From: Bythopirellula sp.
GTDB taxonomy: Bacteria; Planctomycetota; Planctomycetia; Pirellulales; Lacipirellulaceae
Reading direction: 5' to 3'
Assembly: GCA_965216565.1 (NCBI GenBank)
Contig: OZ244170.1
Span: forward strand, 4,352,001-4,416,000
Length of the DNA: 64,000 bases
Below are positions 1-10,113 of this stretch, piece after piece. The notes under the pieces are model-generated. The model worked only from the letters and a program-made list of their open reading frames with translations, was not told the DNA's origin and did no database searches. Position 1 is the stretch's first letter. Every line of letters starts with the position of its first letter. The position numbers were made by a program, and so were the translations under genes.

Positions 1-1419
1 CCCATCGCTCAGAATCTCGAACTTGTCGAGGGTCACTAGCGACGGGTGCACCACGCCACACGCACGGGAGAGTCGCAGTAGTTCCTTGCGAAGCGAGACC
101 AGGTAGTTGGCGAGCCGAGCACTCTTGAGCGTGGGGTCGAGTCCCCGCATGAGCCACTTGTTTTGAGTAGCGATTCCCGTAGGGCAAAAACCTGTGTGGC
201 AACGCTGCGCTTGAATGCAACCGATCGCCAGCATCGCCTCGCGGGCCACATTGATGATGTCGCAACCCATGCCAAAGGCCAGCAAGGCCGCTTCGGGGAA
301 GCCTAACTTCCCCGAGCCCACAAACACGACGTCCTTGTGCAGATCGAGCTTCACAAACTCACGATACACGCTGCTCATGCCATTTTTGAACGGCAAGGCG
401 ACATGGTCGGTGAACACAAGCGGCGCGGCACCTGTGCCACCCTCGCCACCGTCGATCGTGATGAAATCGACGCCTCGCTGGGTGGTCGACATTTGATGGG
501 CCAGATCTTGCCAAAATTCGAGCTCGCCCACCGCACTCTTGATGCCCACGGGCAAACCCGTTTCGTCGGCGATCATCTCCACAAAGTCGAGCATGCTGTC
601 GACATCGTGGAAGGCACGGTGATGGTTAGGGCTCGCACAATCGACGCCCAGCGGAATTCCCCGCACGGCGGCGATCTCGGGCGTAATTTTTGCCGCGGGC
701 AGCATCCCTCCGACACCTGGCTTGGCGCCTTGGCTGAGTTTGATCTCGATCGCCCGCACCTGGTGCTCAGCCAGAACCTCTTGTAAACGAGGCAGACTAA
801 AGTCGCCCTGCTCATCGCGGCAACCGAAATATGCGGTGCCGATTTGCCAAACCAGATCGCCACCCTGTTTGTGATACGGCGACGCCCCGCCCTCGCCCGT
901 GTTGTGTAACGCCCCGGCAAGTTTCGCACCTCCGTTGAGGGCCGCTATAGCAGGTCCACTCAGCGAACCGAAGCTCATCCCCGAGATATTTACCGCCGAC
1001 GCCGGTTGAAAGGCCTTCGCCCGACCACGGCTTTTGCCAATAGTCTTCGCGCACGGCAAGGAATAGTCTGAATCGTGCCCCGGCTGACCCGGTTGGGGAT
1101 CGTCGATGGGAAAGGCGCTATGCTTCACTAACAAATGGTTCGGAGTATGCTCCAAGTCGGCACTCGTGCCGAAGCCAAAGTAGTTGTTTTGCTTTTTCGA
1201 CGACGCATAAACCCACCGTCGTTGCGCACGGCTAAAGGGTCGCTCTTCGTTGTCGCTCGCCACGATATATTGCCGCAGTTCCGGGCCGATGTGCTCTAGC
1301 CAATATCGGAAATGCCCCACGATGGGAAAGATCCGCAAAATGCTGTGCTTGCGCTGTGTGATGTCGTAAACGGCTAATCCAATAACAGCGACGAGCCCCA
1401 GAAATAATAACCAACCCAT
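1..1419 (-). CDS. FMN-binding glutamate synthase family protein (3' end runs off window)
   Basis: Not in the ORF track because it lacks a stop in the window. Manual translation from ATG at 1419: MGWLLFLGLVAVIGLAVYDITQRKHSILRIFPIVGHFRY...GPELRQYIV; near the window start AREAMLAIGCIQAQRCHTGFCPTGIATQ (3Fe-4S Cys motif). Confidence 0.9.
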   Translation of the reverse strand, partial: MGWLLFLGLVAVIGLAVYDITQRKHSILRIFPIVGHFRYWLEHIGPELRQYIVASDNEERPFSRAQRRWVYASSKKQNNYFGFGTSADLEHTPNHLLVKHSAFPIDDPQPGQPGHDSDYSLPCAKTIGKSRGRAKAFQPASAVNISGMSFGSLSGPAIAALNGGAKLAGALHNTGEGGASPYHKQGGDLVWQIGTAYFGCRDEQGDFSLPRLQEVLAEHQVRAIEIKLSQGAKPGVGGMLPAAKITPEIAAVRGIPLGVDCASPNHHRAFHDVDSMLDFVEMIADETGLPVGIKSAVGELEFWQDLAHQMSTTQRGVDFITIDGGEGGTGAAPLVFTDHVALPFKNGMSSVYREFVKLDLHKDVVFVGSGKLGFPEAALLAFGMGCDIINVAREAMLAIGCIQAQRCHTGFCPTGIATQNKWLMRGLDPTLKSARLANYLVSLRKELLRLSRACGVVHPSLVTLDKFEILSDG

Positions 1420-1727
1420 ATTCGATGACCTCGCAGATAGAGATTTGTTTGCATCGAAAGATAGCTTTTTCTGGGGGGCGGGGTGGCGATGTTGGCGACG
1501 GGTTGTAGCGGTTGTGTGGGGCGGAGGTAGATTCTCGCAGAGCTGCGGAGTCGCGGAGAGGCTGAAGCACCGTGAACAACGAGGAAGTATCGCAGCTACG
1601 GCATATTGATGTAGGATAATGCCGCAAGGCCCATCGTCTTACAGAAGAGTCACCGGCGGGGAACTCTCTGGACTGGTTGCTCTCCCTAGGTACAGTTCAA
1701 TCAACATAGGTCAAGATCTTTCTAGTT

Positions 1728-2223
1728 ATGTCTCTTTCTTTCGAAAGTCATGGTTACCGCTGGCGTGTTAGAGAGGGATTTGCTCCGCAAGGTAGCAAGG
1801 AACAGGAATCACCACTACTTGTAGAACAGCTAAGACTATCTGTGCTTTGGATTCGAAAAATGTCAGTGCACGAAATTGGAAGCTGGTTTGTCGCTAGGCT
1901 CAATTACCTGACGTCTGGAAGCCTTCATACAGTTGGGCGAAAGCTTTGGCCACGACACCAATGAGTTTGGTTACAAGATTCGCTGCAAGAATATGGAAAA
2001 CATCCGACTAGCAAGTGGAGCGGTTGTAATACATGACAAACGGGTTTACTTCGAACACACCGCCCCAGTGATGCCCGATTTTCAATCGCTATTTGTTCAG
2101 ATGGTTGCTGATAACCCTAGAGACTTAGAAGAAATCAGAATCGAAGTCCGCATCCCAAATGAAGATGATAGCGTGATTCGTTCTCGCTTCTATGGATGGG
2201 ACGGCTGCTCGCTACTTAGCTAA
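1728..2223 (+). pseudogene. Possible frameshifted hypothetical gene (overlapping ORFs 1728-1964 and 1933-2223)
   Basis: Two overlapping, lower-GC, protein-like ORFs in different frames; no family recognised. Confidence 0.3.
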
Positions 2224-2524
2224 CCACGGACTAGAGCGCATTTACTTCGCGCGGGAGGTCTCATTCTTTGATATGGAAATGCCCCCGGTGACCTCGCCAC
2301 CCAAGCAGATTTCCGAACAGCCGCAAGAAGTACTCTGTCATTATTTTGTGGAAAACTGTCTCGGCTACCCGCTGCAGAATCTCCCGTAGCCTTGCCTTGC
2401 GTGGCAAGGCGGCTGATTCTCGCTGCTCATAACTCTTAGCCTGTTACTTCCCCCCTCCCCCCTCGTCCCGCTACAATGGCCGTTCGCACACACACGAGAC
2501 ACCGCACACGTGGAGGGAGCCGCC

Positions 2525-5500
2525 TTGTCGAGCCCGTTTGTTCATCTGCACTGCCATAGCCATTTCAGTTTGCTCGATGGCGCGAGCCCTATCAAAGCGC
2601 TCGTCAGCAGGGCCAAAGAATTGGGCATGAACGCCCTGGCTCTGACCGATCATGGCAACCTTTATGGAGCATTGCAGTTTTACGAAGCGTGCAAGGCCGA
2701 GGGCATCAACCCGGTCGTAGGTTACGAAGCGTATGTTGCTCCCAACAGTCGTTTCGATCGAGGTGGTGCGCTCAGCAGTAAAGAGTCGAGCTATCATCTA
2801 ACGCTGCTGGCGCAGAATCGCACGGGATTTAAGAATCTCGTGAAGATGTCGAGCCATGCGTTTCTCGAAGGATTTTATCACAAGCCGCGCATCGATCGGG
2901 AGTTGTTAGCCGATCATAGCGAGGGGATCGTTTGCCTGAGCGGTTGTGTGTCGGGTGAGTTTAGCCGTACCTTGCTCACTGGTAGTGGGGCTGCGACCGA
3001 AGAACAGATTGCCTCGGCCCAGGAAATCGCCGGTTGGTTCCATCAGGTGTTTGGCGATCGTTACTTTATCGAAATCCAAGACAACGGCTTGGAGATCCAA
3101 CGACAAGCCAAAGAGGCAGCCGTCGAAGTCGCCCAGCGAATGGGTTTGCCGTTGGTGGCCACCAGCGATGCCCACTATGTGAATCAGGAAGATGCTGTTG
3201 CCCAAGACGTACTGCTGTGCATCAACACAGGCAAGTTCCGCACGGATACGAACCGGATGAAGATGGAGGGCGATCAGTTTTTCTTGCGGAGCCCCGAGCA
3301 AATGTATGAGGCCCTGCCCGATCAGGTGGAAGCCTTGGGCCGCTCGCAGGAAATTGCCGACTCGGTGCATATCGACCTCGACCTGGGGAAACGCCATTTC
3401 CCTACATTCCATCCACCTGAGAAAAAAGATTCCCAGGACTATTTACGCGAGCTTTGCATTGACGGGCTCAAGGAACGTTACGCCAACGAGCCCGAACGGT
3501 GGGAAGGGGAGGACCTTTCTCAAGGGGTCTACGATCGACTCAATCGAGAGCTGGGGGTGATCGGCAAGCTCGGCTTCCCCGATTATTTCCTCATTGTCTG
3601 GGACTTTGTCCGGTTCGCAGTGGAGCAAGGTATCCCATGCACGGCCCGTGGTTCGGGAGTCGGTTCGTTAGTTTGCTATGCCCTAAAGATGAGCCACGTA
3701 TGCCCACTGAAGTACGATCTGCTGTTCGAGCGGTTCCTGGATGAAAATCGTTTGGAAGCGCCTGATATCGACATCGATTTCTGTAAGGACCGTCGGGGCG
3801 ATGTCATTCAATATGTGAAAGATAAGTATGGCGAAGCAAACGTCGCCCAGATTGGTACGTTCGGAACGCTTGCTGCCCGGGCAGCGATTCGCGATGTGGG
3901 CCGCACGCTGGGGATGCCTATCTTTCGCGTCGATCAAGTTGTGGCGATGGTCCCAGACCAGCTTGGGATTTCGATTGGGAAAGCCCTGGAGCAAAGCGAC
4001 GAACTCAAGAAAACCTATGAAGGCGACTCAGAGGTCCGCGAACTGATTGATCTTGCGCAGAAAATCGAAGGCCTCGCACGTAACGTCGGCACACATGCCG
4101 CGGCAGTGGTGATTGCAGAGCATCCTGTCGACGAGTATGTGCCGCTGCAGCAAGTGAAGGGGAAGACGGAAGTCATCACCCAATGGGCAATGGGCGATGT
4201 AGAACGTGCTGGGTTGTTGAAAATGGATTTTCTCGGCCTGCGGAATCTAACCATTTTGGCCCGTAGTATCGAACTCATCGAACAGTCGCGGGGCGAAAAA
4301 GTCGATCCCTACCAATTCCCGTTGGACGACAAAGAAACCTTCGCCCTGCTCTGCCGTGGCGAAACGAAAGGCATCTTTCAATTGGAAAGTGGCGGTATTC
4401 GCGACCTGCTCCAGCGGATGCGGCCCGACCATTTCCGCGATATTATCGCTACCAACGCCTTGTATCGTCCTGGTCCGCTAGAAGGGGGGATGGTCGACGA
4501 CTACATCGAGGTGAAGCATGGTCGGCAAGAGGCCGAGTATGTCCATCCCGTGATGGAAAAAGTGTTGGAAGAGACACACGGCGTGATGGTCTACCAAGAG
4601 CAGGTGATGCGGATCCTAAACCTGCTGGGCGGCATTCAGCTTTCCGATGCGTACAGCTGTATTAAGGCGATCAGCAAGAAAAAGCTGCCGATGATCGCGA
4701 AGTTCCGCGAGGAATTTCTCTCCGGCGCGCAGAGTCAGGGACTGGAGAAGAAAAAGGCCGAAGAGCTATTTGGCATGATCGAGAAGTTTGCTGGTTACGG
4801 ATTCAACAAAAGCCATTCGACCGCCTATGCCTTGATCGCCTATATGACAGCCTATCTCAAGGCACACTACTCGCTGGAGTTTATGGCGGCGTTGCTCTCG
4901 TGCGATATTCCCGGGCGAAATTTCAAGAATAAGGACGCTCTGGTCGAGCACATGGAAGACTGCCGGCGCATGGAAGTCGAGGTCATGCCGCCCGACGTGA
5001 ATTCTTGCGATGCCGATTTCAAAGTGGAAGACGGGAAGATTTTCTTTGGACTCAGCGCCATTAAGGCCTGCGGTAGTGGTGCAGCCGATGCCATTGCCGC
5101 GTCGCGCAATAATGATGGGCAATTCAAAAGCATTTTCGATTTTTGCGAACGGGTCGATCCGCAAGATTGCAATCGGGCTACGATCGAAGCACTCATTAAA
5201 TCAGGGGCGTGTGACAGTCTAGGAGGGCATCGAGCCCAACTGCTTGCAGCCTTGGACCGAGCATTGCAGTCGGGCGCAGCCGCGGCGGCCGATCGTCGTT
5301 CGGGCCAAAAAGGTTTGTTTGAAGACGCCGAAGATGATACGGCCGAGCAGGCGAGCACAGATCTCCCCAACATTCCACCCACCGAAGAAAAAGAACAACT
5401 GGTTCAAGAGAAAGAAGTGCTGGGCTTTTACCTCACCAGCCATCCATTAGCCGAGCACGAGACCACGCTCCGCACTTACTGCACGCATTCGAGCTCTTCA

Positions 5501-6052
5501 CTCGGCAGTTTGAAGCATCGCGACGAAATTCGCATGGGGGGCATGCTCTCGGCAATTAAGTTCTCGCATACCAAGAATCCACGGCCAGGCGCACCGAGTA
5601 AATACGCCATGTGGGATTTAGAAGACCTCGACGGCATCACTCGTTGCATTATGTGGCCAGAGCAGTTCAATGATTTCGGAAACTTCGTCGAACCTGACGC
5701 ATTAGTTGGTGTGTTGGGAAAGGTAGATCGTCGCCCTGGCGCTGAGGAAGTGAATATGATTGTCGATCGCCTGATGCCGTTGGGCGATATGTCGAGCCAA
5801 TTCAGCAGTGGCATGTTGATCCGCGTCCGCGAGGAGGAGCACGGCCAGCATAAGCTAGAGCAACTCCGCGAAATCGTCCGCGGCTACCCCGGCAAGAAGC
5901 GATTGCGACTACGGCTCGATTTGGCCACCGGCGGTCAGGTATGGATTGACAGCGGTTGGTCTGGCGTTGAACCGAATGCTGAACTGAATAATCGTGTTGA
6001 CCAATTATTAGGTGAAGGGAACCGACTGCTAGAAAGTGCCTCGGCCCGTTGA
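2525..6052 (+). CDS. dnaE: DNA polymerase III alpha subunit
   Basis: PHP motif FVHLHCHSHFSLLDG, TDHGNL, RGSGVGSLV, PDIDIDF, GLLKMDFLGL, FAGYGFNKSHS; probable TTG start at 2525 after GGAGGG. Confidence 0.98.
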   Translation: MSSPFVHLHCHSHFSLLDGASPIKALVSRAKELGMNALALTDHGNLYGALQFYEACKAEGINPVVGYEAYVAPNSRFDRGGALSSKESSYHLTLLAQNRTGFKNLVKMSSHAFLEGFYHKPRIDRELLADHSEGIVCLSGCVSGEFSRTLLTGSGAATEEQIASAQEIAGWFHQVFGDRYFIEIQDNGLEIQRQAKEAAVEVAQRMGLPLVATSDAHYVNQEDAVAQDVLLCINTGKFRTDTNRMKMEGDQFFLRSPEQMYEALPDQVEALGRSQEIADSVHIDLDLGKRHFPTFHPPEKKDSQDYLRELCIDGLKERYANEPERWEGEDLSQGVYDRLNRELGVIGKLGFPDYFLIVWDFVRFAVEQGIPCTARGSGVGSLVCYALKMSHVCPLKYDLLFERFLDENRLEAPDIDIDFCKDRRGDVIQYVKDKYGEANVAQIGTFGTLAARAAIRDVGRTLGMPIFRVDQVVAMVPDQLGISIGKALEQSDELKKTYEGDSEVRELIDLAQKIEGLARNVGTHAAAVVIAEHPVDEYVPLQQVKGKTEVITQWAMGDVERAGLLKMDFLGLRNLTILARSIELIEQSRGEKVDPYQFPLDDKETFALLCRGETKGIFQLESGGIRDLLQRMRPDHFRDIIATNALYRPGPLEGGMVDDYIEVKHGRQEAEYVHPVMEKVLEETHGVMVYQEQVMRILNLLGGIQLSDAYSCIKAISKKKLPMIAKFREEFLSGAQSQGLEKKKAEELFGMIEKFAGYGFNKSHSTAYALIAYMTAYLKAHYSLEFMAALLSCDIPGRNFKNKDALVEHMEDCRRMEVEVMPPDVNSCDADFKVEDGKIFFGLSAIKACGSGAADAIAASRNNDGQFKSIFDFCERVDPQDCNRATIEALIKSGACDSLGGHRAQLLAALDRALQSGAAAAADRRSGQKGLFEDAEDDTAEQASTDLPNIPPTEEKEQLVQEKEVLGFYLTSHPLAEHETTLRTYCTHSSSSLGSLKHRDEIRMGGMLSAIKFSHTKNPRPGAPSKYAMWDLEDLDGITRCIMWPEQFNDFGNFVEPDALVGVLGKVDRRPGAEEVNMIVDRLMPLGDMSSQFSSGMLIRVREEEHGQHKLEQLREIVRGYPGKKRLRLRLDLATGGQVWIDSGWSGVEPNAELNNRVDQLLGEGNRLLESASAR

Positions 6053-6164
6053 ATTGTACATGAGTCTCCAGATTGAAAATGCGTTCCTCTTTGCCCAGGT
6101 TGTTTGGCTGTGTAAGCTAGTCACCTGGACCTATCACTCCTGAGAAAGCACGACAATCGCAACC

Positions 6165-7139
6165 ATGGCAAGCATTAAGAGAGTATTGGTCACGGGCGGG
6201 GCGGGATTCTTGGGTTCCCACCTGTGCGAGCGACTGGTCGACATGGGGCACGACGTGATTTGCCTCGACAATTTCTTCACAAGTCAAAAGGCGAACGTCA
6301 CGCATTTGCTCGATAAACCAAATTTTGAGCTGATTCGTCACGACATCACATTGCCCGTCTTTTTAGAAGTCGATGAAATCTACAACCTAGCATGTCCGGC
6401 CGCGCCGGGGCATTATCAGTACAATCCAATTAAGACAATGAAAACTTCCGTACTGGGTGCGATTCACGTGCTCGGCATGGCCAGACGTTGTCGGGCGAAA
6501 GTCTTTCAGGCATCCACGAGCGAAGTCTATGGCGATCCGGAAGTCCATCCCCAGACCGAGTCGTATCGTGGGTCGGTAAACCCGATCGGGCCGCGTGCAT
6601 GCTACGATGAGGGAAAGCGTGCGGCCGAAACCTTGTTCTTCGATTATCACCGAAACAATGCAATCGATATTCGCGTCGTTCGTATCTTCAATACATACGG
6701 ACCCGGGATGCATCCTTTCGATGGTCGTGTCGTCTCGAACTTTATTCGACAAGCACTTGCCGGCGACGACATTACAATCTTTGGCGATGGCGAGCAGACC
6801 CGGTCGTTCTGCTACTGCGATGATCTAATCGACGGCTTTCTGTTAATGATGGACTCACCGGAAGGATTCATCGGTCCTCTGAATCTAGGGAATCCCAATG
6901 AGTTCACAATTCGCGAACTGGCTGAAACTATTCTCGAATTGACTGGTTCTAAGTCGAAGCTGGTAAGGGAGCCCTTACCTGAGGACGACCCGGTGCGAAG
7001 GCAACCCGATATTTCTCTGGCCAAGGAAAAGCTGGGTTGGGAACCTAAGGTCGAACTGCGAGAAGGTTTGTCGCGGACAATCGATTGGTTCAAGTCGATT
7101 CGCATGGAAGAATTCCGTGCACCGACTCCCAACTACTAG
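6165..7139 (+). CDS. UDP-glucuronic acid decarboxylase (UDP-xylose synthase) family SDR
   Basis: [50 protein letters not shown], DDPxRRQPDI. Confidence 0.93.
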   Translation: MASIKRVLVTGGAGFLGSHLCERLVDMGHDVICLDNFFTSQKANVTHLLDKPNFELIRHDITLPVFLEVDEIYNLACPAAPGHYQYNPIKTMKTSVLGAIHVLGMARRCRAKVFQASTSEVYGDPEVHPQTESYRGSVNPIGPRACYDEGKRAAETLFFDYHRNNAIDIRVVRIFNTYGPGMHPFDGRVVSNFIRQALAGDDITIFGDGEQTRSFCYCDDLIDGFLLMMDSPEGFIGPLNLGNPNEFTIRELAETILELTGSKSKLVREPLPEDDPVRRQPDISLAKEKLGWEPKVELREGLSRTIDWFKSIRMEEFRAPTPNY

Positions 7140-7155
7140 GCTAGCTTTCTATCAG

Positions 7156-7584
7156 CTAGGCCGAAACGGCTGGGCTTCGCCAGCGGAAGAAAAAACCACG
7201 CAGCAATTGGTAAATGACAATCCCGGAGACAATCCCCGCGATATCAGCCAACCAATCGAGCCCGTCGCATGATCGTCCAAAGGGTGTTTGCGTTATCTCG
7301 TCGAACGCACCGTATAATGTCCCGACGAGCCAAACGACAAAAAAATGCGAAGGGCGCAAGATGCCCGCCGACAATTCCCAACTAATTAATGCCGAAACGG
7401 TAAGTGCTAGGTAGGCACTGTAGTGAATTAGTTTGTCGCCAATAGAAAACCCAGGCACTGAGTGTGATGGAAGATGTGTGCCGATGAACATCGCCAGCAG
7501 CAGAATTGCTGTGAAATAGCGAGCCAACTGGGCGGCTAGCCGCAATCGGGAATTCGGTAGTAAAGTGTTTGCCATGGGATTCAT
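7156..7584 (-). CDS. VanZ-like family membrane protein
   Basis: DKLIHYSAY, YGAFDEITQ, GRSCDGLDWLADIAG; hydrophobic helices. Confidence 0.85.
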   Translation of the reverse strand: MNPMANTLLPNSRLRLAAQLARYFTAILLLAMFIGTHLPSHSVPGFSIGDKLIHYSAYLALTVSALISWELSAGILRPSHFFVVWLVGTLYGAFDEITQTPFGRSCDGLDWLADIAGIVSGIVIYQLLRGFFFRWRSPAVSA

Positions 7585-7788
7585 ATCAAAGATCGACGGT
7601 GCTCAACATTGGGCTGGCAGAAAACCAATTATACCTGCCGCTAGTGACTAGAATGAGTAATTATCGAGAAGTTCGTATTTTGCTGTTTCTACGCCATTCC
7701 GCCTCAGTTCGTTCGGCTATTTTTTCTGGCGGCGGCCCGTAGGACTATGACGTCCGGGAAACAAACAAAGTTCCTCCAGGCGAGTTAG

Positions 7789-8250
7789 ATGGAACACGAA
7801 AAATACATGCTCCAAGCCCTGGCACAGGCCGAGGCTGCCTCGGAATTGGACGAAGTCCCGGTCGGGGCTGTCATCGTCCGTGAGGGCAGAATGCTGGCTG
7901 CTGCCCACAACGAACGCGAGCGGTTGCACGATCCCACCGCTCATGCGGAAATGATTGCCATCACCCAGGCATCCGAAGCTTTAGGAAGCTGGCGATTGGA
8001 GGGCTGCACGCTGTACGTTACGCTTGAACCGTGTCCAATGTGTGCCGGGGCAATCCAACAAGCGCGACTGGCCCAAGTGGTGTATGGTGCAGAAGATCCT
8101 AAAGCAGGTGCCGTGCGGAGTTTGTTTCGTTTGCTCGACGATCCTCGATTGAATCATCAGACTGAGATTGTCGAAGGAGTACTTGCCGACCGTTGCGGAG
8201 AACTTCTCACCCAATTCTTTGTCCGTAAGCGTCAACAGGGTAAGAAATGA
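7789..8250 (+). CDS. tadA: tRNA adenosine(34) deaminase
   Basis: [39 protein letters not shown]. Confidence 0.96.
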   Translation: MEHEKYMLQALAQAEAASELDEVPVGAVIVREGRMLAAAHNERERLHDPTAHAEMIAITQASEALGSWRLEGCTLYVTLEPCPMCAGAIQQARLAQVVYGAEDPKAGAVRSLFRLLDDPRLNHQTEIVEGVLADRCGELLTQFFVRKRQQGKK

Positions 8251-9281
8251 GTCAAGCGGACGCGACAATCTTGATCACTGGGGGAGCGGGCTTCATTGGT
8301 AGCACCTTAGTGCGGCAATGCCTTAAGGAAGACGCTGCCCGAGTTGTAAACTTGGATTGCTTCACCTACGCGGGACATCGAGCTTCGCTTGATGCAGTTG
8401 AAAATCACCCATCTTACACCCTGGCCGAAGGGGATATTGGCGATGCTCAGTGGGTTGGTGAAATACTCAGCCAGCATCAGCCGCAGGCGATTATGCATTT
8501 GGCTGCGGAAAGCCATGTCGATCGCTCGATTGTTGATCCGCATCGGTTTGTCGCTACCAATGTGCTTGGGACCTGCACCTTGTTGGAGGAAGCGACGCGT
8601 TATTGGCTAAGTCTTGAAGAGAATCGGCAGAGCAGGTTTCGATTCCTCTATGTATCGACCGACGAGGTCTTTGGTGCGACAGACGAAGGCGAATTTTTCG
8701 ACGAGTCGAGCCCCGTGGCACCAAACTCGCCCTATGCTGCTTCCAAATCCGCCGGGGAGCAACTGACGCAGTCGTTTGGTCACACTTATGGTTTGCCTTT
8801 CGTAATCGCCAACCCCACCAATCACTATGGGCCTCGACAGCATCCAGAAAAGCTAATCCCTCGCATGATCCTTAACGCCGCTGCCGACGAGATTCTGCCC
8901 ATTTACGGGGACGGATTGCAACAGCGTGATTGGATCCACGTGGAAGATGGGTGCCGCGCGTTGCGAACTATTTTGGCCAGTGGGAAGATTGGCACCCGTT
9001 ATCTGGTGGGTTCAGAGACTAGCCAGCCGAATCTGTCTGTGGTGGAGTCCATTTGCGATCTGGTGGACGAGGTAATCGGAGACTCAGGAGCGCGCCGACA
9101 ACTCATTCAACACGTCGCAGATCGGCTTGGCCACGACCGGCGCTATGCCATAAGTAGCAAGACTTTGAGAACCGAAACTACCTGGCGGCCACGGGTCGAT
9201 TTCACCGTCGGCTTACGCAATACGGTGACCTGGTATCTAGAGAATCCCGATTGGGTGGCAGCAATCTCCGCCACGTCCTAG
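8247..9281 (+). CDS. rfbB: dTDP-glucose 4,6-dehydratase
   Basis: [57 protein letters not shown] overlap with tadA. Confidence 0.92.
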   Translation: MSQADATILITGGAGFIGSTLVRQCLKEDAARVVNLDCFTYAGHRASLDAVENHPSYTLAEGDIGDAQWVGEILSQHQPQAIMHLAAESHVDRSIVDPHRFVATNVLGTCTLLEEATRYWLSLEENRQSRFRFLYVSTDEVFGATDEGEFFDESSPVAPNSPYAASKSAGEQLTQSFGHTYGLPFVIANPTNHYGPRQHPEKLIPRMILNAAADEILPIYGDGLQQRDWIHVEDGCRALRTILASGKIGTRYLVGSETSQPNLSVVESICDLVDEVIGDSGARRQLIQHVADRLGHDRRYAISSKTLRTETTWRPRVDFTVGLRNTVTWYLENPDWVAAISATS

Positions 9282-9531
9282 CGGTTCTCGAACCCTCAGA
9301 GGGGTTCAGTTTGTAACAATCCTAACCAATAGATTGTTTAGATTGGTCCCGCCGCTGCGGAACTCTTGGCTAAGCGACACGTCGAACAATAGGAACAGCC
9401 TATGCTTGCTTGAGAAGCGTTCCCCGTGCCAGTCGCGAAATTTGCCCTAAAACAGACAATTGCTTATAATGATGGCACTTGGGGACAAGGAATTCATCTT
9501 GCCGCAGAATTTGTACTGAAAGTGTTTTGCC

Positions 9532-10107
9532 ATGCTGGTTTATAAGATAACCGCTCCGTTCGCTGCCCTCGCCTTAGTGTTCGCCGCTGTTCAAGACGTT
9601 CGTGGTCAAGGCTACGCCAATGCCCAGGTCAGCCAGTTTCGCAATTCAACCGGTGCCTCTGCCTTCTCCTCTGATCGACTAAAGCGTCAGGTTCAAGGCC
9701 GTGATATCGGTCGGTTCGGTGTAGCCGGGGTTAATGCAACAAACTTTTCTACTGACCGCCGCAGTAAGCCATTTCAGTCTCTGAATCGTGGACCAGCGGT
9801 GAGCCCCTACTTGGCTCTCTCTAATGCCCGCGGTGGAATCTCTGACTATTACAACGTGATTCAGCCGCAACGCGAGTTCGAACGTGCACGCCGACAGCAG
9901 GATATCGAAAACCAGCGCAATCAGCGGGCAATTCTTGCTAACCAGCAACGGTTGAATAAGATCGCAGCGCAGGCTCCCTTCGACGTCACCGGTGATAAGG
10001 AACTAGCCCCGACTGGCCATAGTGTGACGTATCAGGCCTTCTCCAACTTCGGCAGTACAGGCAATTATTTCGCGCCGCCCCAAGGCCTCGATAAGCAGTT
10101 CAGATAA
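9532..10107 (+). CDS. Hypothetical secreted protein
   Basis: Signal-peptide-like N-terminus; P(A)VSPYL...YYxVIQP motif followed by a Gln/Arg-rich coiled segment. Confidence 0.7.
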   Translation: MLVYKITAPFAALALVFAAVQDVRGQGYANAQVSQFRNSTGASAFSSDRLKRQVQGRDIGRFGVAGVNATNFSTDRRSKPFQSLNRGPAVSPYLALSNARGGISDYYNVIQPQREFERARRQQDIENQRNQRAILANQQRLNKIAAQAPFDVTGDKELAPTGHSVTYQAFSNFGSTGNYFAPPQGLDKQFR

Positions 10108-10113
10108 GCGTCT

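Noticed and set aside
36..1627. Short ORFs listed in the track for the first 1.6 kb
   Set aside because: They overlap the real minus-strand glutamate-synthase-family CDS (1-1419), which the track missed because it has no stop in the window
7789..8250. tadA as part of the Tad pilus cluster
   Set aside because: Name coincidence: this is the tRNA deaminase, not the pilus ATPase
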